Shown: positions 24,134 through 36,315 of the stretch, piece by piece
Layout of the letters: every line of letters starts with the position of its first letter
How positions within the stretch are numbered: position 1 is the stretch's first letter
Assembly (NCBI GenBank): GCA_035221665.1
Contig: CM069131.1
Coordinates: 87,172,001-87,236,000 of the forward strand
Origin: Okamejei kenojei
Taxonomy: Eukaryota
Direction of reading: 5' to 3'
Length of the DNA stretch: 64,000 bases
Translations under genes and position numbers: made by a program
The notes under the pieces: generated by a model
The model's database searches: none
What the model was told of the DNA's origin: nothing
Seen by the model: the letters and a program-made list of their open reading frames with translations, nothing else

Positions 24134-25770
24134 CAGTGGCTTGCAAAAGTATTCATACCCCTTGAACTTTTCCACATATTGTCATGTTACAACCACAAAT
24201 ATAAATGTATTTTATTGGGATTGTATGTGAGAGACCAACACAAAAGGGTGCATAATTGTGAAGTGGAAGGAAAATGATACATGGTTTCCAAATTTTATTA
24301 CAAATAAAAAACTGAAAAGTGTGGCGTGCAAAAGTATTCAGCCCCCCTGAGTCAATACTTTGTAGTACCACCTTTCGCTGCAATTACAGCTGCAAGTCTT
24401 TTGGGGTATGTCTCTACCAGCTTTGCACATCTAGAGACTGAAATTTTTGCCCATTCTTCTTTGCAAAATAGCTCAAGTTCAGTCAGATTGGATGGAGAGC
24501 GTCTGTGAACAGCAATTTTCAAGTCTTGCCAGAGATTCTCAATTGGATTTAGGTCTGGACTTTGACTGGGCCATTCTAACACATGAATATGCTTTGATCT
24601 AAACCATTCCATTGTAGCTCTGGCTGTATGTTTAGGGTCGTTGTCCTGCTGGAAGGTGAACCTCCGCCCCAGTCTCAAGTCTTTTGCAGACTCTAACAGG
24701 TTTTCTTCCAAGATTGCCCTGTATTTGGCGCCATCCATCTTCCCATCAACTCTGACCAGCTTCCCTGTCCCTGCTGAAGAAAAGCATCCACACAGCATGA
24801 TGTTGCCACCACATGTAACACAGTGGGGATGGTGTGTTCATGGTGATGTGCAGTGTTAGTTTTCCGCCACACATAGCGTTTTGCATTTAGGCCAAAAACG
24901 TCAATTTTGTTCTCATCAGACCAGAGCACCTTCCTCCACATGTTTGCTGTGTCCCCCATATGGCTTGTGGCCAACTGCAAATGGGACTTCTTATGGCTTT
25001 GTTTCAACAATGGCTTTCTTCTTGCCACTCTTCCACAAAGGCACGAGTTGTGGAGTGCACGACTAATAGTTGTCCTGTGGACAGATTCTCCCACCTGAGC
25101 TGCGGATCTCTGCAGCTCCTCCAGAGTGACCATGGGCCTCTTTGCTGCTTCTCTGATCAATGTTCTCCTTGCCCGGCCTGTCAGTTTAGGTGGACGGCCA
25201 TGTCTTGGTAGGTTTGCAGTTGTGCCATACTCTTTCCATTTTCGGATGATGGATTGAACAGTGCTCCGTGAGATGTTCAAAGCTTGGGATATTTTTTTAT
25301 AACTTAACCCTGCTTTAAACTTCTCCACAACTTTATCCCTGACCTGTCTGGTGTGTTCCTTGGGCTTCATGATGCCCAAGGAACATTGTTTGTTCACTAA
25401 TGTTCTCTAACAAACCTCTGAGGCCTTCACAGAACAGCTGTATTTATACTGAGATTAGATTACACACTATTTATTTAATTAGGACTCTATTTATTAATTA
25501 GGTGACTTCTAAAGGCAATTGGTTGCACTGGATTTTATTTAGGGGTATCAGAGTAAAGGGGGCTGAATACTTTTGCACGCCACACTTTTCAGTTTTTTAT
25601 TAGTAAAAAAATTTGAAAACCATGTATCATTTTCCTTCCACTTCACAATTATGTACCACTTTGTGTTGGTCTATCACATAAAATCCCAATAAAATACATT
25701 TACGTTTGTGGTTGTAACGTGACAAAATGTGGAAAAGTTCAAGGGGTATGAATACTTTTGCAAGCCACTG
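24134..25770 (-). mobile_element. Tc1 DNA transposon, full length, IR/DR-type TIRs
   Basis: TA flanks 24132-24133 and 25771-25772; ~213-bp TIRs starting CAGTGGCTTGCAAAAGTATTCA with inner repeat TGCAAAAGTATTCAGCCCC. Confidence 0.97.
24352..25370 (-). pseudogene. Tc1 transposase (DD34E), one frameshift near 24810
   Basis: MKPKEH..., HTH and [23 protein letters not shown] (34 residues D to E); 1019 nt, one base short of 339 aa plus stop. Confidence 0.95.
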
Positions 25771-26555
25771 TAGCTAATACTGTTGGGAACGGGTCAAAAC
25801 TGTAGTAACATCCTTATTATTTCATCTTCTGTATTAGCTGTCTGATTTTAGGATTTATACTAGTCTCATCACATATCAGTGACATTGAAATAATAAGAAT
25901 CTTTTTTTCCCCATGGTGGGGGTATCTAAAAGTTCAGTTCTGTTCAGTATCAAGGTACTGTGGACAGCTTTTGTTGCGTGCTGTAAAGTTAGCAGAAAGC
26001 AAACAACAGAATATATGTTTAAGATGAGAGGAAGAAAGATTAAGGGACATCAGAGGGTAAAGTTTTTCACAACAGAATGATTGATATCTGGAACATGCTG
26101 CCAGAGGAGATAGGGAAGGCAGGAACAATCACAACATTTAAAAAGCATTTTACCAGGCAATCAAATTACCAAAGCATAAAAGGCTACTAATCTAATACCG
26201 GCAATTAGGATACATACAGATAAGGGTAGCACAGGGGCAGAGCTTGTAGAGCTGTTACCTCCCAGTGCCAGAGAGCCGTTTTCAGCTTTGACCTCAGATG
26301 CTAAATAGGAGAATTTGCACGTTCTTCCTGTGACTGCATGGTTTCCTCTGGATGTTTCGGTTGCTGCCCCCAACAGAAAGGAACCGCAGATGCAGCCATC
26401 ACCGCAAAATGTCTAAGAAGGAACTGTAGATGTTGGAAAATCGAAGGTAGACAAAAATGCTGGAGAAACTCAGCGGGTGTGAAGCCCTGTCCCACTGTGC
26501 GAGTAGGATGAACGTAGGATGAACGTAGCGGGTACGTCGGAGCTCGGGACATTTC

Positions 26556-27197
26556 AATAGACAATAAACAATAGGTGCAGGAGTAGGCCATTTGGCCCTT
26601 CGAGCCAGCACCGCCATTCAATGTGATCACGGCTGACCATCCGCAATCAGTACCCCGTTCCTGCCTTCTCCCCATATCCCCCTGACTCTATTTTTAAGAG
26701 CCCTATCTAGTTCTCTCTTGAAAGCATCCAGAGAACCAGGCTCCCCCGCCCTCTGAGGCAGAGAATTCCACAGATTCACAACTCTCTGTGAGAAAAATTG
26801 TTTCCTTGTCTCCGTACTAAATGGTTTACTCCTTATTCTTAAACTGTTGCCCCTGGTTCTGGACTCCCCCAACATCGGGAACACGTTTCCTGCCTCTAGC
26901 GTGTCCAAGCCTTTAACAATCTTATATGTTTCAATGAGATATCCTCTCATCCTAAACTCCAGAGTGTACAAGCCCAGCTGCTCTATTCACTCAGCAAATG
27001 ATAGTCCCGCCATCCCAGGAATTAACCTTGTAAACCTAAGCTGCACTCCCTCAATAGCAGGAATGTCCTTCCTCAAATTAGGGGAACAAAACTGCACACA
27101 ATACTCCAGGTGCGGTCTCACTAGAACTCTGTATAACTGCAGAAGGACCTCTTTGCTCCTATATTCGATTCTTCTTGTTATAAAGGCCAATATGCCT
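26556..27197 (-). mobile_element. CR1 fragment nested in Harbinger
   Basis: LVRPHLEYCVQF, FFSQRVVNLWNSLP, (AGACAAT) tail. Confidence 0.92.
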
Positions 27198-27861
27198 GTT
27201 CTAACAGCAGGTACTTGGAAACGTGGTAACTCGTGAAGATTTTTCAATATGTTGAAAAATGTCCGCATGTAAATGTAAATGTCCACACTCAGGATGTAAA
27301 AATTTGATACTTTTTAACACATAGTCATACCTTAGTAGCTCGTAAGTTTACCATAGTAGGACCTGGTGTCCTATATCACTATTGCATATTCATGATGGAA
27401 ATAAGAATACTCTGTATATTCATTACCTTTGAATTGTAGTTTTATGTTATCCTCCCATAATTTCTGAGTTCCATTTCACAATATCTAACAGACATACAGA
27501 ATGTTGCAAGGTAATATCTTGCCCAAACTCAGTTGTATCTTTCTATCTCAATAAATATCACAAAATATGCCATTATTTCAGCTACTTTATGACAAAATAT
27601 AGAATGTAGGTTATTTGTTATCAGAAATCCCATCCCAGAAACAACAGTACTTAAAGAACATTTGTTTTACTAATTTACGACCATGTGTTATTGTCTAAGA
27701 AATTTGGTGTGGAATGATAATCCATCTCATATTCATTCAGGCAAGTCCCAAGCTATAGATACTTTTCTCCCACCCCCAATCCCCCCTCGCCCGATCTTCA
27801 TTGAACCTACCATTTGACTGATCTTTCACTCAGCTGCTGTAACGTTTCCTTCCTAACAAAG

Positions 27862-28238
27862 TCTCTGTGTAGCATCTCTGTCCCTATCTTCCAATTCCCA
27901 CTTTGAAATACAACTTTTGACAAAATTTTCACAGCAGGATCGCTATTATAAATGCAAATATATGGTATTGTATATATACCCCCCTCCTCTTAGCACCACA
28001 CAAGAAGTGTAACTTGAGGCGTTTGCATTTATTACTATTCATCACTATTTATTGTAATGTACTGTATCTTTAAAAAAAACTACATCAACCATGTGTGAAA
28101 ATTACACTGAATCGAACGATGGGTGAAAATGCGTGGGAATTGACTAATCGCAATCCTGCTGCGAAATATTTAAGTCGAAAACTGTATTTTATTTCAAAGT
28201 GGGAATTTGAAGATAGGGACAGAGATGCTACACAGAGA
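27862..28238. repeat. Inverted-repeat (MITE-like) element inside the Harbinger
   Basis: ~80-bp imperfect arms tctctgtgtagcatctctgtccctatcttc.../...gaagatagggacagagatgctacacagaga. Confidence 0.75.
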
Positions 28239-28640
28239 TTTTAAAATCTTGGGTGAACTCGCACAGTGGGACAGGGCTTGAGGCAGCATCTATGGAGCGA
28301 AGGAAATAGCCGGGTCTGAAGAAGGGTTTCGACCTGAAACGTTGCATATTTCCTTCGCTCCATAGATGCTGTCTCACCCGTTAAGTTTCTCCAGCACTTT
28401 TGAATACCGCAAAACATCAATGATTCCGGGAATGCCAAGAGAGCTAGTGAGAGAGGTGGGGAACAGGTGAGAGAGAGCGTGCAAGAGAGAGAGGGGGAGA
28501 GAGAGAGGGAGGGAGGGAGAGAGCGAAAGACGGAGAGACACAATGTGGGTCGGTAGGTAAATTGAATGACTAACCTGCAGACCAAGAATGTCACCAAGAA
28601 GAAGCATGATGGTGAGTTTTAAGAAATTCTCAATTTATCG

Positions 28641-28797
28641 TCAATGCATCAATCTACATTCCTCAGTAAAATGTTATTATGTTTTGAAGAAGTGTCAATG
28701 ACGCCACGTGAATTGTACTCAAAGGAACGCAACATCATTAATGCTCCATCTAAAACACAATTACACATTTACTGAGGAATGTGGATCAATGCATTGA
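28641..28797. repeat. Short inverted repeat
   Basis: tcaatgcatcaatctacattcctcagtaaaatgt / acatttactgaggaatgtggatcaatgcattga. Confidence 0.7.
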
Positions 28798-29582
28798 TGA
28801 CACATTGGATAACTACTTGTTAACTACTAGCTATTAACACATCTGGCTGTTAACACTACAGTGGTTAACACATCGTTTGCATCTGATGACCGTACATCGC
28901 TTTTATTCCATGTACAAAACCATGTAAGTTTTGTAAAATTTTTTTTTTTTAATCTTGTAAGCGGATTTATATTTCCATCTGAAATACGGAAAATTAACGC
29001 AGGGCCCCCCTTGGGCGCGGGGACCAATTTGGAAAAATCGGTCCATTCGGCCTAGGGCCGGCCCTGCCAAAGAGGTGTGTGTTGGTAAGTTAATTGGCTG
29101 CCGTATATTGCCCCTTGAGCAAGTGGTAGAATTAGGGGGGGGGGGGGGGGGGGGGGGGAATTGATAATAATATGGAGAGAATAAAGGAAATAGGATTTAT
29201 GTAAAATGGGTGGTTGATGATCAGTGTAATTTCGTGGGCCTGAGGTACTATTTCCATACTGTATTTCTCTCAATAAAAAATAAAACAGTTTAGAGATACA
29301 GCCAGGCACGTGCCGTGAATAATTACTCAAGGTAGGCAGTCAGTCAGCTTTTTTAAAAAAAATTAACCGCGCATGCAAAGATTGTTATCTAAAAAATAAA
29401 AATAAGTAACAATTTAATTTTCGCAAGGCTTCTAAATCTCCTTCATTTTTTAATTATTGAATGGGTGGGGGACGGGGGATGAAGGCAGGTGGAGAGATGG
29501 TGGTTAAAACGGGAGCACACCGGGGCGTTGAATCAGTTGTTATCTTATTGAATGACAATACTAATTCAAGGGTCCAATTGGA

Positions 29583-30181
29583 GGGAGAGTTCCTTTCACA
29601 GCGTGTGGAGAGTCTGTGCCAGGGGTTAAAGATACGGGGAGGGCAGGAGTGTTCAAAAGGAGGGGGTCAGAGATCATGTCAGACTCACTCACCGCTGCCG
29701 CAGCGCTCCAGGCACGGACAGCAGAACTGGCTGCCACTTCCGGGGAAGGAAGCAGCTCGAATGGCTGCGAGCGGCTGCCGGGACCCGACTGCAGAACCGG
29801 CTGCCATTCAGCGCATTCTGCCGGCCCGTTCACCTCTGGCAGTGCTCTCCGTCTGAACACCTACCTCCTGCCGCTCGCCAGCCGGCTTCCCGCAAATCCT
29901 CAAATTCCGACAGCGCGCTTAAGGGACCAATTTGAGCTTACTCGGCTGTGGGAATTTAAGGATTTGTGGGATGCGGCTGACATGAGTGAAGCCGGCGTGC
30001 AGCATGTGGGAGGCACTGCGGCAGCCACCCGAGCTAATTCACTTCCCGGCCACAATGCGGTGGCTCCGTGCCTGAGCGTCGCAAGCGGGTTACTGGTCCC
30101 GATCCCTTCCACAACGCCTCTGCCCTCCCCGCAACTTTACCCCGGGCCAGACTCCCTAAACACTGTGAAAGGAACTTTCCC
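29583..30181. repeat. GC-rich inverted repeat, probably in a non-autonomous DNA transposon
   Basis: gggagagttcctttcacagcgtgt.../...acactgtgaaaggaactttccc; about 70 bp of imperfect arms. Confidence 0.65.
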
Positions 30182-30704
30182 CACCCACCCCGGGAAATAC
30201 GGTATTTTAAAAACATAAAGCACCAAGAAATGTACTTACCACGTTATTGGTACACGAAATCCATTCTTCTCACTTTGTTTCCTAAGATACACTTAAAATA
30301 ATGACAATCCATATATGAAAAACCCGCCAAGAAACTTGCGCTGCGAATGCGCAGAGGGCTGCTGCACATGCACAGTGCTGCAAAGGCAGAATTTCAGCTG
30401 CCTTCAGCCCCGCTTTTAATTGACGGCTTGAAGCAGCACTGACGGCACGTGGGCTGCACAGACCTTCAAGGGTTACAAGTGCTGCGGATGAAAGGCACGG
30501 AGAATGATGCCTACCTAAGAGATCAATCTCTTAGATAGGCATAATTCTCCTATGCCTTTACTATTTATATTTAATAATTGCCATTTCATAATTTTAGTCA
30601 GGGTAGGCAGTGCCTAATGTGCCTGGATACAGCGTGGATCCAGGCCATTAAAATCAATACTAAGTACCCACTGAAATGCTTTGTGCTTCAATAGAAGTTC
30701 TTAA

Positions 30705-31597
30705 GGCGGAAGGTTTTGCTCTCGCCAGCAGCTGTTCGTCCTTTCCATGTTTTTTTTTGTTTTTAGTATGTCTAAAAGTGTGTTTTAGTGTGGGGGGGGG
30801 GGGTGGGAACGGGAATTGGGGAAACTGTTTTTTAGTCACTTACCTCGGTGGAATGCGACTTTTCTCCTAGTTGCATTTCACCCTCCCTTGCAGCCTAACA
30901 GCTTGGATTGGTGCGGCCTCTCCCGGAGTCGGGTCCAGAGCTTCAGCAGCGGGCGCAGCGCGGACTTTCCATCGCGGAGCCAGGCGATCTCTTGCCGGGG
31001 CTCACTAGAAGAAGTGCTTCGATCGCTGGCCCGCGGACCACGACATCCTGAAGCCGTGGTCTGCGTAGCTTCTAGCCACGACGCGCCATGGACTTGCCAT
31101 CGCGGAGCGGGAGAACCCTTGCCGAGGGTCACCAGAAGAAGTGCTCCGACCGCTGGCCTGCAGCCTATAACATACTGAAGCTGCGGTCTGCGGAGCTTTT
31201 AGCAGCGGGCGCGGTATGGACTTTAAGAGCTCCGACCATTGGCATGCGGCCTATAACATCGTGAAGCCCCGGGTCTCCAGTAGGAAGCGGCCAATTCAGG
31301 ACCTCCAAGCCGAGGAGTGTCCATCCATCCCGACGTTGGAGCTTCGAGCATCCTGACGAGAGGGCCTGTACATCGGGCCATCCATAGCGGCGACTGCAGA
31401 GGTTTCATGTCCCCGACCACGGATGAACAAAAGAGAACTGACAAAGTTATTGCCTTCCACCACAGTGAAGCAGTTGATTCCATTGTGGTGGATGTTCATG
31501 TTATATTCTATCGTGTATTGTGCTCTTTTGTTTACATGGTAAGTCAAATTCCATTGTACCTTAATTGGTGCATGTGGCAATAAATGTGAACTTAAAC
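30705..31597 (+). mobile_element. GC-rich non-autonomous retroposon with internal repeats
   Basis: Repeated agcagcgggcgc..ggactt and gctccgacc..gcctataacat units; tail gtggcaataaa(tgaact). Confidence 0.55.
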
Positions 31598-34500
31598 TTT
31601 TTCATAATGATTCTCAAATATTCATTGCAACTAACAGTTAAGTATCCTTCTATTATTTTATACAATGGTGGCATCTGCAAAATTTTGCAAGAATGTTCAG
31701 AACCATTGTGACTTTTATGTTTTCTTCTTTGAGAGATTTCACAAATTCAGGCGCACATTCATTTCAATTAGTAAAACTTATTCTAAGATCTCCAAAGCTG
31801 GGGGAAAAAAAACAATCCACAATATAAAAAAGCTGGAAATGCTGGAGATCTTAAATAAAAACAGAAAATGCTGAAAACACTCAGCAGTTCAAGTAGCATC
31901 CATGGAAAGAGAAACTTGTTAATGTTCCAGATCAAAGATGCTTCATCAAAACAGGAAAAGTAGAAAACAACTATCTATGTAATGAATTACTGCTCTCAGA
32001 AATGAAGATATGACCAGACCTGTTGTCAGCTAATGCACCTCCACTCACATGACAACTCATTGCAACAAAGATGAATCCATCGCAGATCCTTTTTTTCATA
32101 CCACGAGGATTCCAATCCATCATTTCAATGTCAATTCATTAATCCCTTTCAATAGGCTTCATGGACTCTGTTATTGATCTATGGCAGAAAATCAGAATGG
32201 TATTCTGCTCGGAGCTCCTAGATTTGTTTGTATGGCGATACTGTGATAATAAGATTACCCATCTTGCATTTTCAATATGGGGAGCATAGCCACATAGGGA
32301 ATCAATATTTTGAAGTCTTCATTGACTTGTGGTGATTAATTGTCTGTTACTGGAGTAATGGATCTGCTAAGTAAAAATTGATTTTTAAAAATTCCGCAGA
32401 TTGTTCCAAGTGCTGCCTTCTTGATACACTTAATTTAGTTTATTCCTTCTGCGCGTGTTAGAAGGGTAAGTATATTTGCATTCATCATGTGGTTTAATGC
32501 TGTGCCTTCATCATTACCTTGATGTATCACATGCCAACCTTGGTTTTGTAATGAACAAGAGGAGCCCCACTACCTAATCTGTTCTTGAATTCATCATTTG
32601 CACGTTATTACTCCTTACAATGCAAGGACAAGTTCTTTACTGAAGCAACATATTCACCGTGCTTCTGGATCAATGCCACAAACTTAGAGTTTTCAGCCAC
32701 TTCTAACAGCTTTGAATTGAACTAATCTTTTGCTTTCTGTACATCAAGTTATTGGTCAATGCGTTATGAGACCATTTGTCAGGGGATCATATGCCTCTGG
32801 CCTGATCTCCATCAGAGATGCTGCATCTTCACAGTCTCCTATTACCTAGTTTTGGGCTCTCAACAGACACCTTTTCCCTCAATCTCCATAATATTGAGCA
32901 GGATCACAGACATCTACCCATTTTTTTACATAGAGAACTGCCAGCTAGCAGAAGTGTGTGCACTTTAGTGTATTTTGGCCTTTTGCACCCATGCACTTCA
33001 GAGTATAGGCATTGACTGAAATGGAGGTCAGATATAAGCACAACTATCCTCTCGTTCCTTTCACCCTGACCCATCAGGAACAAACAATGGAAAAAAAGAA
33101 TAATCACAGCGAAATCTGAAGCTCATTTTATATCTTGCACTTGAATTCATTATCACTTCAACCTTGCTTTAAATAAAGCACATAATAATGCAAAAAAAAA
33201 AATCCAAATCCATTGTTCTGCATATCACTGCATTACACAGAACTGCAACATTATTTTAGATGCAAAGATTGAGAATTCAAGCAATCTCAAGAAAACCTGA
33301 TCATTTTAACAATACAAATGATTCTACAAGCACCATGTTCAATCACTGATAATTGAAATGGTTCACACATGATTCAAGTTTGAATGCACAAAATAACCCA
33401 CAATTTTTATAAGCATAGTGATTGCACATTTCCTCACACAGATGAAGCACTTCAACAGGTTTGAAGAACCCTCATTGACATATGCATGCTTGGTAACTGC
33501 ACCCATTTGCACTTGGTTAGCTATGCATAAAATCACAGATTAAATGCTGCATCTGCTTTGAAGGGTCTGTGCCCATTTGCTTTTGAAGCACCATCAATCA
33601 CAAATCAGACTGGGCATTTCCTATCACAATTCACCCCAGCTTGGGTATCAGTTCTCAATTCTATTTTGTACATGTGACAACATCACAAACTGGCAATTTA
33701 AACTAATTAAATTACTTAATAACAGAACCCCAATCAAAGGTTGCACCTTAAGATCTCCATAATTAACACCAACAGAATACACCATGCCAAAAATAGTGAA
33801 TTAAAATGACAACCCACCACCCACACTGGGACATTATTTTTAAAAAGGTATCCCTGTGTATTTTCTTAATTCACTATTTCTAATGCACTGGCACTCCACT
33901 GCAACACTGAGATTCCCGCTACTGGGTCTGATGTGGTCACTGATGAGAAAGTGGGATAACACAGAACAGAACGGGTAATAGATGGTTGGAATGGACTCGG
34001 TGGGCCGAAGGGCTTGTTTCCATGCTGTGTCTCCAAACTCAATTTTACTTTGGAGTCACGTGAAGAAGTCCCGCCAGTCCGCATGCGCATCATATCGTCG
34101 TTCGCATGGCGAAGCACCGGACTGGCAGGGCATCGCTCCTGCCGGCGGTAAGTTTAAACCTAGAAGGTACGTTTATTTTACTTACCAGGGTTTGCTGTTC
34201 AAGCAGGAATCTCTCTTCACAAAGGTTTCCTGCTAGTCTTATTGCAAAGTCTGGTGAATGAGCCGGCTATGGACTGTGGGGAGAACCTGGTTCCGACCGT
34301 GTAAGCGGATAGCCGGTAAATGTTGGGCTCGCGATTCCAGCCACTGACAAGGGGGTCAATGTTACCGCCAGAGTCGCTGACAGTGGGGTCAGTGGCTCAC
34401 AGACATATCATCGTTCGTAGTGGTCCCCAGGCATGGGGTGAAGTCACCGAAAAATGGATCCACCTTATTGTACTCCGGGGGGGGGGGGGGGGGGGGGGGG

Positions 34501-35629
34501 GCAGCAAGGGTTCCCCTCTGGTAATAAGTATGTATTTTGCATGGATGCTGTTATCATTTTAACCCTTCACAGGTGAAGCTCCAAAATTAATGTCCCCGCT
34601 TGGAGAAGGACACCATGCCGGGTCAGTACACCTCAGACACTAGATCTGTAACAGCGTGGGCCTACGGGGCGGGCCTATGGGACAGGCTGCGCCAGCAGCA
34701 CCTGGGACAGGGCTGCTTAATGTCTCCCTGTTGGAGGGGGAGACCATGACGTGTCAGTGTACTGCTGATTCTGAATTTGTCACAGCGCCGGCCCACGGGA
34801 GAGCCCGCCGCAGCAGCACCTGTTGACAGGGCTGCTTAATGTGTGACAGCGCCAGCTTGTAGGAGAGCCCGCGCCAGCAGCGCCAGGGACAGGGCTGCTT
34901 CATGTCTCCCCCTTGGAGGAGGAGAGCATGCCAGGTCAGTGTAATTCTGAAGCCGAGGCTGAGGGTAAAGCTGTGAAGCATACCCCAAGGGAAGAAAGGC
35001 ATGTGTCAGAGGTACCATTCCTGACAACAAAGTTTGCCATTCCAACAGAATGTTCCATCCTAGTAGAGGTCCATTGGGGGCCGTATCAGCGCAGGTATCC
35101 TCAGGGAATTGCAGCACCTGTTTAGGGCTGCCTTCGAATCGCCCTCTCTGAGGAGGGGAGTGCGAAAGGTCAGATGTAACTGACTCCAGATTCTAAAGAT
35201 GTCGGTGGAACATACTGGAGCACATGCGTGCTGGCAGTGAACAGCGCTAACAGGGGGATATGAGAGCCAGCCGCCGAATCTGCTATTCAGGTAAGGTATA
35301 TTCAACAGGAAAAACCTGGCTGACTGACCAATCAAGGCCAACGGTGGGCAAAGTTTCATCGTTTCAGAACGCACCCCAGGCGCTCATCGGCAGTAAGCGG
35401 TTCACTGAAGCTGGTGGCAGCATGACCGCTGGGCAGACGTTCCATGTACCCTACCAGTCCTACTCAACAAGGTGGGTCTGGCATTTCCGAAACGTGGGTA
35501 AGTGGACCAATCACAAGTTGGTAATAGTTACACTTGTTTGTACAACAAACAAATGATAAAAGCAGGGTACACAAAAGGCTGGAGAAACTCAGCGGGTGCA
35601 GCAGCATCTAAGGAGCGAAGGAGATAGGC

Positions 35630-35657
35630 GACGTTTCGGGTCGAGACCCTTCTTCAG
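35630..35657 (-). ncRNA. Minimal type I hammerhead ribozyme motif (best-preserved copy)
   Basis: CTGAAGA-A-GGGTC-TC-GACCC-GAAAC-GTC: both core boxes, 5-bp stem II, GUC triplet. Confidence 0.65.
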
Positions 35658-35894
35658 ATTGGTCAGGGATCAGGGAAACGAGAGATATAGACGGTGATGT
35701 GGAGAGATAAAGAACAATGAATGAAAGATATGCAAAAAAGTATCAATGATAAAGGGAACAAGCCATTGTAAGCTGTTTGTGGTGCAAAAAATGAGAAGCT
35801 GGTGCGACTAGGGTGGGGGAGGGAGATAGAGAGAGTGGGAATGCCAGGGCCCGAGGGCTGAGGGAGAGGTGGGAAGGGGAGGAGACAGCAAGGG

Positions 35895-36315
35895 TTAACA
35901 GAATTGAGAAAATTCAATGTTCAAGCCCAAAGGATGCAGACTCCCCAAGCGGAATATGAGGTGCTGTTCCTCCAACTTGCGGTGTTGCTCATTCTGGCCG
36001 TGGAGGAGGCCCAGGACCGAGAGGTCGGATACGGAATGGGAGGGGGAGTTGAAGTGCTGAGCCACCGGGAGGTCGGGTTGGCTAATGCGGACCGAGCGGA
36101 GGTGTTCGGCGAAACGATCGCCAAGCCTCCGCTAGGTCTCACCGATATAGATCATCTGGCATCTGGAGCAGCGGATGCAGTAGATGAGGTTGGAGGAGGT
36201 GCAGGTGAACCTCTGTCGGACCTGGAAGGACTGCTTGGGTCCCTGAAAGGAGTGGAGGGGGGAGGTGAAGGGACAAGTGTAGCATTTCTTGTGGTTGCAA
36301 GGGAAAGTGCCCGGG
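35895..36315 (-). pseudogene. Penelope GIY-YIG endonuclease with one in-frame stop
   Basis: PGTFPCNHKKCYTC...FTCTSSNLIYCIRCSRCQMIYIGET*RRLGDRFAEH...RKLEEQHLIFRLGSLHPLGLN. Confidence 0.9.

Larger units (their letters stand above)
26483..28278. mobile_element. Non-autonomous PIF/Harbinger element
   Basis: 22-bp TIRs AGCCCTGTCCCACTGTGCGAGT; 3-bp TSD TGA at 26480-26482 and 28279-28281. Confidence 0.88.
26415..28402. mobile_element. Penelope pLTR palindrome split by the Harbinger element
   Basis: ggagaaactcagcgggtgTGA resumes as TGAggcagcatctatggagcg after 28278; hammerhead-like core at 28316. Confidence 0.7.

Noticed and set aside
29616-30218. 200-aa ORF
   Set aside because: GC-rich inverted-repeat region, no recognisable domain
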